A stretch of 64,000 bases of DNA from Candidatus Poribacteria bacterium (GTDB lineage: Bacteria; Poribacteria; WGA-4E; WGA-3G). The notes beneath the pieces are model-generated. The model worked only from the letters and a program-made list of their open reading frames with translations, ran no database searches and was not told the origin of the DNA. The translations under genes and the position numbers were made by a program. Of the stretch, positions 40,474 through 50,802 are shown piece after piece; position 1 is the stretch's first letter, and the number at the start of each line of letters is the position of its first letter. The stretch covers positions 1 through 64,000 of the forward strand of contig CBDBFU010000003.1 in assembly GCA_965205025.1 (NCBI GenBank). The letters run 5' to 3'.

Positions 40474-40986
40474 TCATCTTATCCCCATTGGATTCCTTGG
40501 AATATACCGAAAATCTGCAGTGGGATCTCTCCTTAAACTTCGTGGTATATCCAATTCAGGCATTTTCAGACTATTAAATACAATCCGTTGTTTTTCAGTT
40601 AGCTCATTTGTAATTTCTTGTAGTAATTTTCCTATCTCTTTTAAGAGGACATTCCTATGTGTAAGGAACTTCCTTACTTTTATACGTACATTCGAAAGTC
40701 TCCGTTGTCTTTGAGCTGTGCTTAGACCACCATCGTAACGGTAAAGCTGTCTATCTTGCGTCATGACGCGATACTCTCTTAAATCAGACTCAATCTGTCT
40801 TTTTTCAAAATCGTAATCATCTAATACATCCTGAATTAACTTCAATTTTGGATGAATTATATTCTTTTGCTTGTCAGAGAGTTGCAATGCATCAGTACTT
40901 TTGGAAATCTGAGTAAGCCTAACCTTACCACACCCGACTATTAGAAGGATGAAAAATAGTAAGGACATGTTCTGTAGAATATTCAT
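40474..40986 (-). CDS. Hypothetical helical lipoprotein
   Basis: IVGC lipobox; coiled-coil body; GAGG RBS. Confidence 0.65.
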   Translation of the reverse strand: MNILQNMSLLFFILLIVGCGKVRLTQISKSTDALQLSDKQKNIIHPKLKLIQDVLDDYDFEKRQIESDLREYRVMTQDRQLYRYDGGLSTAQRQRRLSNVRIKVRKFLTHRNVLLKEIGKLLQEITNELTEKQRIVFNSLKMPELDIPRSLRRDPTADFRYIPRNPMGIR

Positions 40987-41139
40987 ATCTGTAACCTCAG
41001 AAATTGTTCCAAACAGTGAATATATGACAAATGATTTAATCAGAAGTCAATGGTTTATAATTGGATTGTATTTTACTTACTAAGTTAATCCATTGAACGA
41101 TAGACGAGATATTATGATTACAGAATGAAAGTTTTCAAC

Positions 41140-42651
41140 TTATGAATCCAGAGAATACAATTCACCATACTTTGTTCTTAGATATTTCATATATGGTTCA
41201 ATTGTCATAGATTTCCCTGTTGCACGTTCAATTAACTCTGGAGCAGTAAATTTCGATCCATGTTGATAGACATTCTCTATTAACCAATTGTGTAGTGTCT
41301 GGAATTCACCATTCTCAATTTCATTTGGAATTTCAGGATGTGCTTCCAACGCTGTCATATAAAATTGTGCTCCTAATATATTCCCTAATGTATATCCTTG
41401 AAATCCTCCACCAATGAGATTGTAATACCAGTGTACATCCTGTAATACACCATCTTTATCATCAGGTGGAACGATCCCAAAATCTGCTTCAAATCTTTCT
41501 CTCCACGCATCAGGTAGGTCTTTGATTTCCATTTCTCCTTCCAATAATGCGAGCTCAAAATCAAAACGTAACATGACATGTAGATTGTAGGTTACCTCGT
41601 CAGCTTCCGTACGTATAAGTGAGCGTTCTACCTTATTAATTGCGCGATGGAATGTATCAAGAGACACATCATTTAGTTGGTCTGGAAATAACTGTTGTAA
41701 TTGTGGATAAAAACACTTCCAGAATCCCTTACTTCTTCCAACAATATTTTCCCAGAGTCTGGATTGGCTTTCATGAACACCTGCTGAAGTTCCTCTTGCC
41801 AAAGGTGTTCCTTCAAAATCCATGCGAATTCCTTGTTCATATAAGGCATGTCCAGTTTCATGCATTGTACAGAACATGGCTTCTCCCAAACTATCCTCTT
41901 TAGATCGGGTGGTAATGCGGACATCTCCTAACGAGAATTTGGTCATGAATGGATGGTGTGTTTTATCTGACCGTCCCCGATTTAAATCATACCCAAATTT
42001 CTGTGCAATGTCTAAACCGAATGACAACTGTTTTTCTTCTGGGTAGATTTTGTGTAAACAGGTGTCATCTGTTGGGGGTTGTGAAGTAATTGCAGATGCA
42101 ATCGGAACCAGTTGTTCACGTAGTTCTGCAAAAACTCTCTTTACGTCCGTTGCTTTCATGCCATAATCTCTGGGTTCAATTAATGGATCTGCAATGTGGT
42201 CATATCCAGGGAAGAAATTTGCGGCTTGACGACTATATTCCAGCGTTTTTTCAAGGTAGGGTCGTACCCTTTCAAAGTCATTTGCAGGACGTGCTTCAGT
42301 CCATACTTGATAGGATTCCGATGAATGTGTTGCAACTTCTGCTAAAAATTCGGATGGAATTTTTATTGCTCTATCATACTGTCTACGAGTAAGTCGTATT
42401 AGACTCGCTTCATCTGAACTATAATCAAGACTCTGTTCGTAAGGCATTAAATCGTCAAGTAGTTTTCCGATTGCAGGGTCAGTAAACTTCTCATGTGCCA
42501 ATCGCCTTAGAGTGGCAGATTGTCGGGCGCGTGCTGCTGCACCACCAGGTGGCATGTAAGTAGATTGATCCCAATGAAGCAGGCCAGCAGCAGCTTGTAT
42601 ATCATTTACTTCAATTAAACGAGTTTTAAGTAGGTTATAATTTGTTTCCAA
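41140..42651 (-). CDS. Carboxypeptidase Taq (M32 family)
   Basis: HPF, HETGH, HESQ, IRTEADE and LQDVHW motifs. Confidence 0.95.
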   Translation of the reverse strand: METNYNLLKTRLIEVNDIQAAAGLLHWDQSTYMPPGGAAARARQSATLRRLAHEKFTDPAIGKLLDDLMPYEQSLDYSSDEASLIRLTRRQYDRAIKIPSEFLAEVATHSSESYQVWTEARPANDFERVRPYLEKTLEYSRQAANFFPGYDHIADPLIEPRDYGMKATDVKRVFAELREQLVPIASAITSQPPTDDTCLHKIYPEEKQLSFGLDIAQKFGYDLNRGRSDKTHHPFMTKFSLGDVRITTRSKEDSLGEAMFCTMHETGHALYEQGIRMDFEGTPLARGTSAGVHESQSRLWENIVGRSKGFWKCFYPQLQQLFPDQLNDVSLDTFHRAINKVERSLIRTEADEVTYNLHVMLRFDFELALLEGEMEIKDLPDAWRERFEADFGIVPPDDKDGVLQDVHWYYNLIGGGFQGYTLGNILGAQFYMTALEAHPEIPNEIENGEFQTLHNWLIENVYQHGSKFTAPELIERATGKSMTIEPYMKYLRTKYGELYSLDS

Positions 42652-42843
42652 GATACTTCTCCTCTAAGGTTGGTCTCCTCACATTCTACCATAGTTTGTT
42701 ATGCCATACAAAAGAATTCACAGCACAACTGACTGTTGTTAGTTGGAACTCCTTCATTCCTTACTATTTATGTCCAAAACATTATAGTTTAATTTAGAGA
42801 ATTCATGTAAAATAGTTTACAAATTATTTAGATAGGAAAACGA

Positions 42844-44790
42844 ATGAAATATATTTATCTATATCTACTGTTTTTGTTAGTTGCTACATCTGTTTTTGCA
42901 CAAGAAATCACATTCTCCACAACAGACTATCGACAGGACATGTTATTATCAAACGAACCAAATGTTATCGGTTTTGAAGGTTCATCTGTGATAGTTGAAT
43001 TTGAAACGATAATTGATGCACCAACCAGTGTTGTCTACTATGGAGTTCCACATACAGAAGATTACTTGACAACACCGCGATATCGTAAGAGTGCTTTGGG
43101 AATACATATTGATGAAAAGAAAACCGAACATCAAATAAAGATTGACGTATCTAAGCTTGAAGATGTTCATTACGATACGGGTCTAATTAAAGGGAATGGA
43201 GGCACTATAGTTTACCGAATTGAGGTATTCGATTCCCGTGTAAATACAACTCGTGCGTATGATCGTAGATTAAAGTATAAAAGAGAAGGAGATCCAAAAA
43301 CAGGGATCTATTCTACTCTTACAACGATCACAGAAGGTCCATTTATTGATCTCCTAACTCATAATTCAGCAGTTATATCCTGGATGACAGATAAACCTAC
43401 TGAAGGAATTGTCAGGATATATACACAGGATAAGACCAATACCCTAACTGAAAAAGAAGACTTTTCCTCTAAAGAAGATAGTACACATCATGAGGTAACT
43501 GTGGCAAATCTTCAACCCGATACAACCTATTTCTACCAAATTTATACTGATGAGTTTTCCAATACTTATCCCTTCAAAACCGCCCCGATACCAGGGAATG
43601 CATCCACATTCAAGTTTGGATTTATGTCAGATTCACGTGCAGGTGTAGGAGGAGGAGAACGTGCTCAGAACGGAGTCAATGCAAAAGATTTAGGACGATT
43701 TGCAATAGAACTCTACACTAAGAAAGCTGATTTTGTTTGTTTTGGAGGGGATTTAATCAACGGATATACATCCGATGTATGGGATTTTACTTCACAACTG
43801 AAAACTTGGAAACGTACTATACAACCTGTTGGCGCGCTTATCCCTTTTTATGAATCAATTGGGAATCATGAGCAGGTTGGAACATATTACACAGTGAAAT
43901 CTTCAGACATGAAACAGGATGAAAATTACATACAATTCGCAGGCACCGTTGGTGAGAATAGTGCTGAGAATATATTTGCAAAAGAATTTGTAAATCCAAC
44001 AGGTAGTTTTTATGGACACGGCATACCAGACCCAGAGAGGAAATGGAGTTCCAACATCGGTGGTAAGGATATTGGTCCATCCTACGAAGAGAATGTCTAT
44101 TCATTTAATTATGGTAGGATACATTTTATATCTCTAAATAGTAATTATTGGACAACAGGTTATAGAAGTCAAAGTAAATTTGGACAAAAGTCCCAGGATA
44201 AAGATGCTATCAATCTTGCCCTAAATCTTTTTGGTGGAAACAGGGAAGGTTATTTGATGAATTACCAGTTGAATTGGTTAAAAAAGGAATTAGATGCAGC
44301 ACAAAACGATTCAAAAATTGATTGGATATTTATCATATTGCACGAACCGCCATTTCCAAATGGTGGACATGTAAAAGATGCAATGTATTGGGGGACACCA
44401 GGACAGGGTGAACTTGGCGGATATAACGATATAGATGCTCCGATAGGAGATGTAATTGATATGCGGAATAGGTTTTGGACAGTCGTATCCAGTAAATCTA
44501 AAGTCTTAGGAGTTTTATGTGGGGATGAACACAACTATAGCAGAACATTAATCGATTCTTCACTGAATCCAGAATTCAAACATCCCGTATGGCAAATTAT
44601 CAGTGGTGGATGTGGGGCTCCCTATTATGTACAAGATAAATCTGTTCCTTGGGTAGACAATGTCAGAGCATTTACTATTGATAAACATTTCTGTTTGTTC
44701 TCAGTTGATAATAAACAGATAGGTTTGGAAGTCTATAATGATAATAGTCAACTGTTGGATAGCATACCTGATTTAACAAATATTCGATAG
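42844..44790 (+). CDS. Exported purple-acid-phosphatase-like metallophosphoesterase with FN3 domain
   Basis: Signal peptide; SDSR, GDL, GNHE and GDEHNY motifs; FN3-like HEVTVANLQPDTTYFY. Confidence 0.88.
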   Translation: MKYIYLYLLFLLVATSVFAQEITFSTTDYRQDMLLSNEPNVIGFEGSSVIVEFETIIDAPTSVVYYGVPHTEDYLTTPRYRKSALGIHIDEKKTEHQIKIDVSKLEDVHYDTGLIKGNGGTIVYRIEVFDSRVNTTRAYDRRLKYKREGDPKTGIYSTLTTITEGPFIDLLTHNSAVISWMTDKPTEGIVRIYTQDKTNTLTEKEDFSSKEDSTHHEVTVANLQPDTTYFYQIYTDEFSNTYPFKTAPIPGNASTFKFGFMSDSRAGVGGGERAQNGVNAKDLGRFAIELYTKKADFVCFGGDLINGYTSDVWDFTSQLKTWKRTIQPVGALIPFYESIGNHEQVGTYYTVKSSDMKQDENYIQFAGTVGENSAENIFAKEFVNPTGSFYGHGIPDPERKWSSNIGGKDIGPSYEENVYSFNYGRIHFISLNSNYWTTGYRSQSKFGQKSQDKDAINLALNLFGGNREGYLMNYQLNWLKKELDAAQNDSKIDWIFIILHEPPFPNGGHVKDAMYWGTPGQGELGGYNDIDAPIGDVIDMRNRFWTVVSSKSKVLGVLCGDEHNYSRTLIDSSLNPEFKHPVWQIISGGCGAPYYVQDKSVPWVDNVRAFTIDKHFCLFSVDNKQIGLEVYNDNSQLLDSIPDLTNIR

Positions 44791-44814
44791 GATGCTATTT
44801 ATGAAAGTTAAATC

Positions 44815-44953
44815 GGCTCGGTTAGATGAGGATTTAGTAAATATTTCGGTAATTCTAATTTTCCCAGACCCGGTAGGTGCGGTTTCCTAACCGCACTGGA
44901 TTTTTTCCAAAACTACCGATTTAAAAAATTAATCTTCATGAAACCGAGCCTAC
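44815..44953. mobile_element. GTAG REP split in its loop by a 114-bp element (44826-44939) that itself carries a REP
   Basis: GGCTCGGTTAG | insert | GAAACCGAGCCTAC; insert ends ATGAGGATT/AATCTTCAT; inner REP GGTAGGTGCGGTTTCCTAACCGCAC. Confidence 0.8.
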
Positions 44954-44967
44954 CAATGGGTGGGAAA

Positions 44968-44986
44968 GATCGGAATCCCCTCCTAC
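44968..44986 (-). repeat. GTAG-type REP half
   Basis: Reverse complement GTAGGAGGGGATTCCGATC; resembles 63028 and 58220. Confidence 0.55.
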
Positions 44987-45109
44987 GGAAGAGGTTAATG
45001 CTTAAATTGACGCTTATGAATCAACAAAATAAATATATAGTATTGTCTAAATTTCGTAACAATTGTTTGTTATAATACAGTATATAGAAATACCGTCATA
45101 GGAATTATT

Positions 45110-46036
45110 TTGACTGTTATGTTTTTCAGAAAAAACTTCGTTATTCTCATGAACCTAATTATTCTTGTATGTGCAATTTTTTTCATTGGTTGCTCTTCAA
45201 ATTCGAGTGGTGAAAATGGATCACAGAAAACAGAACGATCCGTTATCAGAAATAAGGGGTCGGATACAATGGTAAATTTAGCTCAGGCATGGGCAGAGGA
45301 GTATGACGAGGTGTCCACCACTATTTCTGTCTCAGTGTCAGGGGGCGGTTCTGGAACAGGAGTTGCAGCATTAATCAATGGAACAGTAGACATAGCTAAC
45401 TGCAGTAGACAAATAAAAGAAAAAGAAAAGCAGCAGGCATTAGATAACACAGGAAAAGAACCGATAGAATTTATTGTCGGATATGATGCATTGGCTGTAT
45501 ATGTACATAAAGATAATCCACTCTCACAAGTTACAATACCGCAACTCGCCGAGATATATGGAGAAGATGGTGAACTCAAGAAGTGGAACCAATTGGGTAT
45601 AGCAAATTCTGGATGTAAAAGTGATAAGATAATACGCATTAGTCGGCAATCCAACTCCGGGACTTTTTTCTATTTTAGAGAAGCACTTTTGGGAAAAAAC
45701 CGAGATTTTGAATTGGGGTCATTGGACTTACACGGGTCAAAGGATGTTGTGGAGGTAGTAGGTCGTACACCTTGTGCTATCGGTTATAGCGGCATGGGAT
45801 ATGCCACCGAACATGTGAAAATGTTAGAAGTTGCAACAGACAACAATGTCCTATACTATGCTCCGAATCTTGACAATGTAATTGCCAAAACATACCCTAT
45901 CGCACGACCATTATATATGTATTCACTTGGCGTACCAGAAGGAGCATCAAAAATATATCTTGATTGGATCTTGTCTGAGGATGGTCAAAAAATCGTTGAA
46001 AAACTTGGGTTTGTACCCTTAACGAAGAATCAATAA
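45110..46036 (+). CDS. pstS: Phosphate ABC transporter substrate-binding lipoprotein
   Basis: IGC lipobox; GSDT, GGGSGTG, SR, RQSNSGT and YPIARPLY motifs. Confidence 0.93.
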   Translation: MTVMFFRKNFVILMNLIILVCAIFFIGCSSNSSGENGSQKTERSVIRNKGSDTMVNLAQAWAEEYDEVSTTISVSVSGGGSGTGVAALINGTVDIANCSRQIKEKEKQQALDNTGKEPIEFIVGYDALAVYVHKDNPLSQVTIPQLAEIYGEDGELKKWNQLGIANSGCKSDKIIRISRQSNSGTFFYFREALLGKNRDFELGSLDLHGSKDVVEVVGRTPCAIGYSGMGYATEHVKMLEVATDNNVLYYAPNLDNVIAKTYPIARPLYMYSLGVPEGASKIYLDWILSEDGQKIVEKLGFVPLTKNQ

Positions 46037-46087
46037 GATCTACATATCTACTCTCACAACAAAATTGATCTCAATAGTTAAATCTTA

Positions 46088-46990
46088 ATGAGTAAACAAC
46101 CTAATAAAACTACAAACCGTCCATTTTCTGAAATAGTCATAGAACTTTTCATTCGCCTCTGTGGGATTAGTTCGATAATATTTGTTTTTGGAATTTTCTT
46201 CTTTGTATTTAAAGAGGGGGCAAGTTTTCTATTTAATGGATTGAATCTTTGGGAGTTTTTAACAAGCGAAGAATGGTATCCGACATCGCTAAACAACATA
46301 AGGTATGGTACTTTAGCTTTAATATTGGGTACATTCAGTGTAACTGTCTTAGCGATGTTAATGGCAGTTCCATTTGGACTTGGTGCTGCTATTTTTGTCT
46401 CAGAGTTCTGTTCCCCCAAATTAAGAGAGACATTCAAAATAGTTATAGAATTACTTGCTGCGATTCCTTCTGTTGTCTGGGGTTTCATCGGTTTGACTTT
46501 GATGAATCAACTGATTATCCAAGTATTTAATGCTCCAATCGGTTTGACTATGCTCAACGGTAGCATCATGCTTGCGTTAATGAGTGTTCCGATCATTGTC
46601 TCTATCGCTGAAGACGCACTAAAAGCGGTACCTGACTCCTATCGTGAAGCAGCCGAGGCACTTGGTGCAACGAGATGGCAGGTCATCTACCGTGTGTTAT
46701 TACCCGCTGCAAAGAATGGGTTATTGGCAGCTGTCTTACTTGGAGCAGCCAGATCTATCGGTGAAACAATGGCAGTATTAATGGCGACAGGGCATTCAGT
46801 GAATATCCCTACAAGTCCGTTATCTTGGATTCGCACACTGACTGCTACGATTGCTGCTGAATTAGGAGAGGTAGCGAGAGGGGGAGAACATTGGCAAGTA
46901 CTATTCATCATCGGTATCCTTCTATTCAGCATCACATTCATTGTGAATTTAATTGCAGATTTAGTTATCAAAGGGATACGCCAAAGTTAA
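46088..46990 (+). CDS. pstC: Phosphate ABC transporter permease PstC
   Basis: ELLAAIPSVV, EAA loop and RSIGETMAV motifs. Confidence 0.93.
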   Translation: MSKQPNKTTNRPFSEIVIELFIRLCGISSIIFVFGIFFFVFKEGASFLFNGLNLWEFLTSEEWYPTSLNNIRYGTLALILGTFSVTVLAMLMAVPFGLGAAIFVSEFCSPKLRETFKIVIELLAAIPSVVWGFIGLTLMNQLIIQVFNAPIGLTMLNGSIMLALMSVPIIVSIAEDALKAVPDSYREAAEALGATRWQVIYRVLLPAAKNGLLAAVLLGAARSIGETMAVLMATGHSVNIPTSPLSWIRTLTATIAAELGEVARGGEHWQVLFIIGILLFSITFIVNLIADLVIKGIRQS

Positions 46991-47011
46991 ACTCAGAGAA
47001 TAAAGCAAATT

Positions 47012-47929
47012 ATGGATGTAAATACCGACATATCACCAGAATTAATGTTTACCGAATCTCAAATAGGTAGACGGAACAGGTACATTGAAAATGGTGTGAA
47101 GATATTCTTCCTGATAATGACCTGTCTGATGATACTTCCACTACTTCTAATTATTGGGTATCTTTTCTATAAAGCATATCCAGGACTGTCATTCGAATTT
47201 TTATTCACAAATCCAAAAGACAATATGCGGGCGGGTGGGGTATGGGCACCGTTATTAGGTACAATTTATTTGGTTGTAGTTTCACTTGTGGTTGCTGCAC
47301 CCATTGGAGTCTTTTCTGCAGTATACCTAAATGAGTATGCAAGGGATAATTGGTTTACCCGAATAGTGAATTTGGCAGTCGTGAATCTTGCTGGTGTCCC
47401 AAGCATAGTTCATGCCTTATTTGGTGTAGGAGCATTTGTTCTATTCGCCGGTTTTGGGGAATCTATTTTGGCGGCTTCCCTCACATTAGCAATTATGACT
47501 CTCCCTGTAATCATTGCAAGTACGAAAGAAGCCTTAAACGCCGTACCCATGTCGTTCAGAGAAGCGTGTTGGAATTTAGGTGCAACCCGTTGGCAAACAA
47601 TTCGACGAATTGTTCTCCCCAATTCTATTAGTGGGATCTTGACAGGTGTTATCTTACAAGTTTCTCGTGCTGCTGGTGAAACAGCCCCTATCATGTTTAC
47701 AGGAGCAGTATTCTATAAGGCTATTCCTGAAGGGAATCCCTTTGCCTATCATATTATGGACCAGTGTATGGCACTCTCACTACATCTTTATACCATTTCT
47801 ACCCAGGCTCGAGATGTACCCGATATAATAATTTATGGAACAGCAATTGTACTTGTAGGGATTGTTCTCTTTGTCAATGCCGCAGCAATATGTGTTCGTG
47901 TATATCTTAGAACTCGGAAGAAATGGTAA
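47012..47929 (+). CDS. pstA: Phosphate ABC transporter permease PstA
   Basis: YLNEYA, LAGVPSIV and RAAGETAP motifs. Confidence 0.93.
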   Translation: MDVNTDISPELMFTESQIGRRNRYIENGVKIFFLIMTCLMILPLLLIIGYLFYKAYPGLSFEFLFTNPKDNMRAGGVWAPLLGTIYLVVVSLVVAAPIGVFSAVYLNEYARDNWFTRIVNLAVVNLAGVPSIVHALFGVGAFVLFAGFGESILAASLTLAIMTLPVIIASTKEALNAVPMSFREACWNLGATRWQTIRRIVLPNSISGILTGVILQVSRAAGETAPIMFTGAVFYKAIPEGNPFAYHIMDQCMALSLHLYTISTQARDVPDIIIYGTAIVLVGIVLFVNAAAICVRVYLRTRKKW

Positions 47930-47966
47930 TTGTTTTATTATTACAATAAACATCTTGATATAACTG

Positions 47967-48728
47967 ATGAACAATCACTTAAATAACGAACAAACCGATA
48001 AAAAACAGCGATTGGCCGGTATAGTTGAAAATACTGTATTTAATATTATAATTCAACTACTCATTCTCGGTTCAGCAATCGCTTTTGTACTTGAAACTGA
48101 GCCAGAATTAGCAGAGTATAATTCATACTTTCTGATAGCAGATTGGTCTTTTCTTATCTTATTTACGTTAGAGTATGCATTACGTATATATGCTGCCCCG
48201 GATAAGAAGGCTTTCATCTTTAGTTTTTTCGGTTTAGTGGACCTAATTGCAATTCTACCATCGCTCGTGCTAATTCCTGGATTGGGACATCTACCCGGTT
48301 TTCATGTTTTACGTGTATTAAGATTCTTACGTGTATTCAGAATCTTTAAAGCAACCCGTTTTATTTTAGCGGTAGATAGGATGATAGACGCATTAGCGGA
48401 GGTAAGAAGGGAACTCCTTGCTCTTGTGATTTTATCTGCCATGATGGTTTATCTGTCTGCCTGTGGTATCTACTACTTTGAAAAGGTGGCTCAACCTGAG
48501 CATTTTGGCACAATTCCAAAATCAATGTGGTGGGCAATTGTATCACTCACAACAATTGGTTATGGTGATGCTTATCCAATTACACCCGGGGGAAAAGTCT
48601 TCACTGCGTTTGTAGCATTAGTTGGGGTTGGACTCATTGCCATTCCCTCTGGATTGTTAGCCTCTGTTTTAACAGAAGCAAGAGTGGAGGAAAGATTGGA
48701 GGAAGAACATGATAATAGGAATGACTAA
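47967..48728 (+). CDS. 6-TM voltage-gated potassium channel
   Basis: S4 segment LRVLRFLRVFRIFK; WWAIVSLTTIGYGD filter. Confidence 0.92.
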   Translation: MNNHLNNEQTDKKQRLAGIVENTVFNIIIQLLILGSAIAFVLETEPELAEYNSYFLIADWSFLILFTLEYALRIYAAPDKKAFIFSFFGLVDLIAILPSLVLIPGLGHLPGFHVLRVLRFLRVFRIFKATRFILAVDRMIDALAEVRRELLALVILSAMMVYLSACGIYYFEKVAQPEHFGTIPKSMWWAIVSLTTIGYGDAYPITPGGKVFTAFVALVGVGLIAIPSGLLASVLTEARVEERLEEEHDNRND

Positions 48729-49056
48729 TCAGAATTTTCTAAGAATAACCATAGCTTTGGTTGTAATTTCATTTGTAATAGTTTTTCTCTCTGGTTGTGG
48801 AATTTACTTCTTTGAAAAAGATATACAACCTGAAGTATTTGGTTCAGTGTTGAATTCTGTCACCTATACTTTATTGATATATACAACAATTGGTTATGTA
48901 AATACTGCACCTGTTACATTAGGGGGTACAATAATGAGTTCCATGGTGGCATTTGTTGGTTCTATTATAGGGATACTGTTTTTAGTTAACATAATCATTG
49001 GAACATTACGAACCTGTACAATAATACGTCGAGAAACTAAGAAACTTTTTGGATAA
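48709..49056 (+). CDS. Pore-only (2-TM) channel paralog with altered filter TTIGYVN
   Basis: GCGIYFFEKDIQPEVFGS matches ACGIYYFEKVAQPEHFGT of the upstream gene; GGAGG RBS; overlapping start. Confidence 0.75.
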   Translation: MIIGMTNQNFLRITIALVVISFVIVFLSGCGIYFFEKDIQPEVFGSVLNSVTYTLLIYTTIGYVNTAPVTLGGTIMSSMVAFVGSIIGILFLVNIIIGTLRTCTIIRRETKKLFG

Positions 49057-49072
49057 TTGAGTAAAGGGAATA

Positions 49073-49828
49073 GTGATAAACAAAATTGAGATTGCAGATC
49101 TTAGGGTTCATTATGGAGATATACCCGCACTAAATGGTATATCTTTTAATGTAATTGAGAATGAAATACTTGGGATCATCGGTCCAGCACAATCTGGGAA
49201 AACCACACTATTAAAAGCAATTAATCGAACTCTCGATTTTACACAAGGTGTAACAATCCAAGGTTCGGTAAAACTGGACGGAATTGATGTCAGCTCAATT
49301 AGGGATGTCTACGGATTACGGAAAAGGATTGGCATGGTCTTACCATTGCCTGTCGGTTTACCTCTATCAATTTACGATAACGTAGCATTTGCCCCAAGAA
49401 CATCAGGACTTCGAAACAAAGCTGAATTAGATGTTATCGTTGAACGATGCCTACATCAGGCTGCATTATGGGATGAAGTTAAGGATAGATTAGATTCACT
49501 GGGAACAAAATTATCGGGTGGTCAACAACAAAGATTGACGATCGCAAGAGCACTATCCCATCAACCTGAAATTCTATGCTTGGATGAATTCTCTATCGCT
49601 GTTGATCCAATTACAACCATGCGGATTGAAGAAGTACTGAATACATTAAAAAATGAGATGACTATTCTGCTGGTAACCAACCTTGTTCAACAAGCAAAAA
49701 GGTTAGCAAATCGTACAGCATTTATGTTAAATGGTGATCTGATAGAAATTGATGACACAGAAGTGATTTTTTCAGAGAATCCCGCACAACAATCAACTTA
49801 CGATTATATCAACGGTAATTTTGGATAA
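49073..49828 (+). CDS. pstB: Phosphate ABC transporter ATPase, copy 1
   Basis: GPAQSGKT; LSGGQQQRL; DEFS; H-loop reads VTNL. Confidence 0.88.
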   Translation: MINKIEIADLRVHYGDIPALNGISFNVIENEILGIIGPAQSGKTTLLKAINRTLDFTQGVTIQGSVKLDGIDVSSIRDVYGLRKRIGMVLPLPVGLPLSIYDNVAFAPRTSGLRNKAELDVIVERCLHQAALWDEVKDRLDSLGTKLSGGQQQRLTIARALSHQPEILCLDEFSIAVDPITTMRIEEVLNTLKNEMTILLVTNLVQQAKRLANRTAFMLNGDLIEIDDTEVIFSENPAQQSTYDYINGNFG

Positions 49829-49886
49829 CATAGAATTATTCCATAAATAAATTTGCTTCATATAACTGAAGTGGGACGAAGTTCAA

Positions 49887-50660
49887 TTGGATACGAATAA
49901 CTACTGTATTGAAACTGAGAATCTTAATCTATGGTATGGGGATTTCCAAGCCTTAATAGATGTTACTGTAAGAATCCCTGAAGGACAGATTACATCTCTA
50001 ATTGGACCATCTGGTTGTGGAAAAACTACACTGCTTAGATGTTTTAATCGGGTAAATGAACGTTACGGGAACGTAACTACTAAAGGTGAAATACATATTT
50101 TAGGGAAAAACATCTACGATCCTGATGTTTCACTCTTAGAACTGAGAAAAACTGTCGGAATGGTGTTTCAAAGACCAAATCCACTCCCAATTTCTGTGTA
50201 TGATAACATTCTTTTCGGTATTCGTATTCATTCTCAATTTAGAAGTCTAACACGGTCCCAATCAGATGAAATCGTTGAGGAAGCACTTACCTCTGTATTT
50301 CTGTGGGATGATTTAAAGGATAAACTTAAGACAAAAGCGACTTCGTTACAATTAGAACAACAACAGAAACTCTGCATTGCAAGACTCTTACCTCTTAAGC
50401 CGAAGGTCATCCTGATGGATGAACCATGTTCAGCACTCGATGCAAAAGGAACGCAAGCAGTCGAAGAATTGATGTCTATCCTCGAAGGATCATATACGTT
50501 TCTAATAGTCACTCATAATATGGCACAGGCTCGACGTGTAAGTAAGGAGTGTATTTTTATGTTTCTTGGAGAATTAATAGAACACAAAGATACACAGACA
50601 CTATTTGAATCACCTGAACATGAGAGAACTGCTGATTATGTCCAGATGCGATATGGTTAA
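49887..50660 (+). CDS. pstB: Phosphate ABC transporter ATPase, copy 2
   Basis: GPSGCGKT; VFQRPNP; signature LQLEQQQKL; DEPCSALD; VTHN. Confidence 0.9.
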   Translation: MDTNNYCIETENLNLWYGDFQALIDVTVRIPEGQITSLIGPSGCGKTTLLRCFNRVNERYGNVTTKGEIHILGKNIYDPDVSLLELRKTVGMVFQRPNPLPISVYDNILFGIRIHSQFRSLTRSQSDEIVEEALTSVFLWDDLKDKLKTKATSLQLEQQQKLCIARLLPLKPKVILMDEPCSALDAKGTQAVEELMSILEGSYTFLIVTHNMAQARRVSKECIFMFLGELIEHKDTQTLFESPEHERTADYVQMRYG

Positions 50661-50802
50661 GTTGCAATAAACAAACTACACTTTGACAATTTTCATAGAT
50701 TTCCCAAACATCATTGCTAAACAATTATTCAATTCAAAGGGAGATTAACAACCAAATTTTTGTTCCCAGTCTAGTATAATTCAATCTTGACATCCAATTA
50801 TC

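Noticed and set aside
45040-45110. Pho box upstream of pstS
   Set aside because: An extended -10 (TGTTATAAT) is present, but no convincing CTGTCAT-type 11-bp-spaced direct repeats
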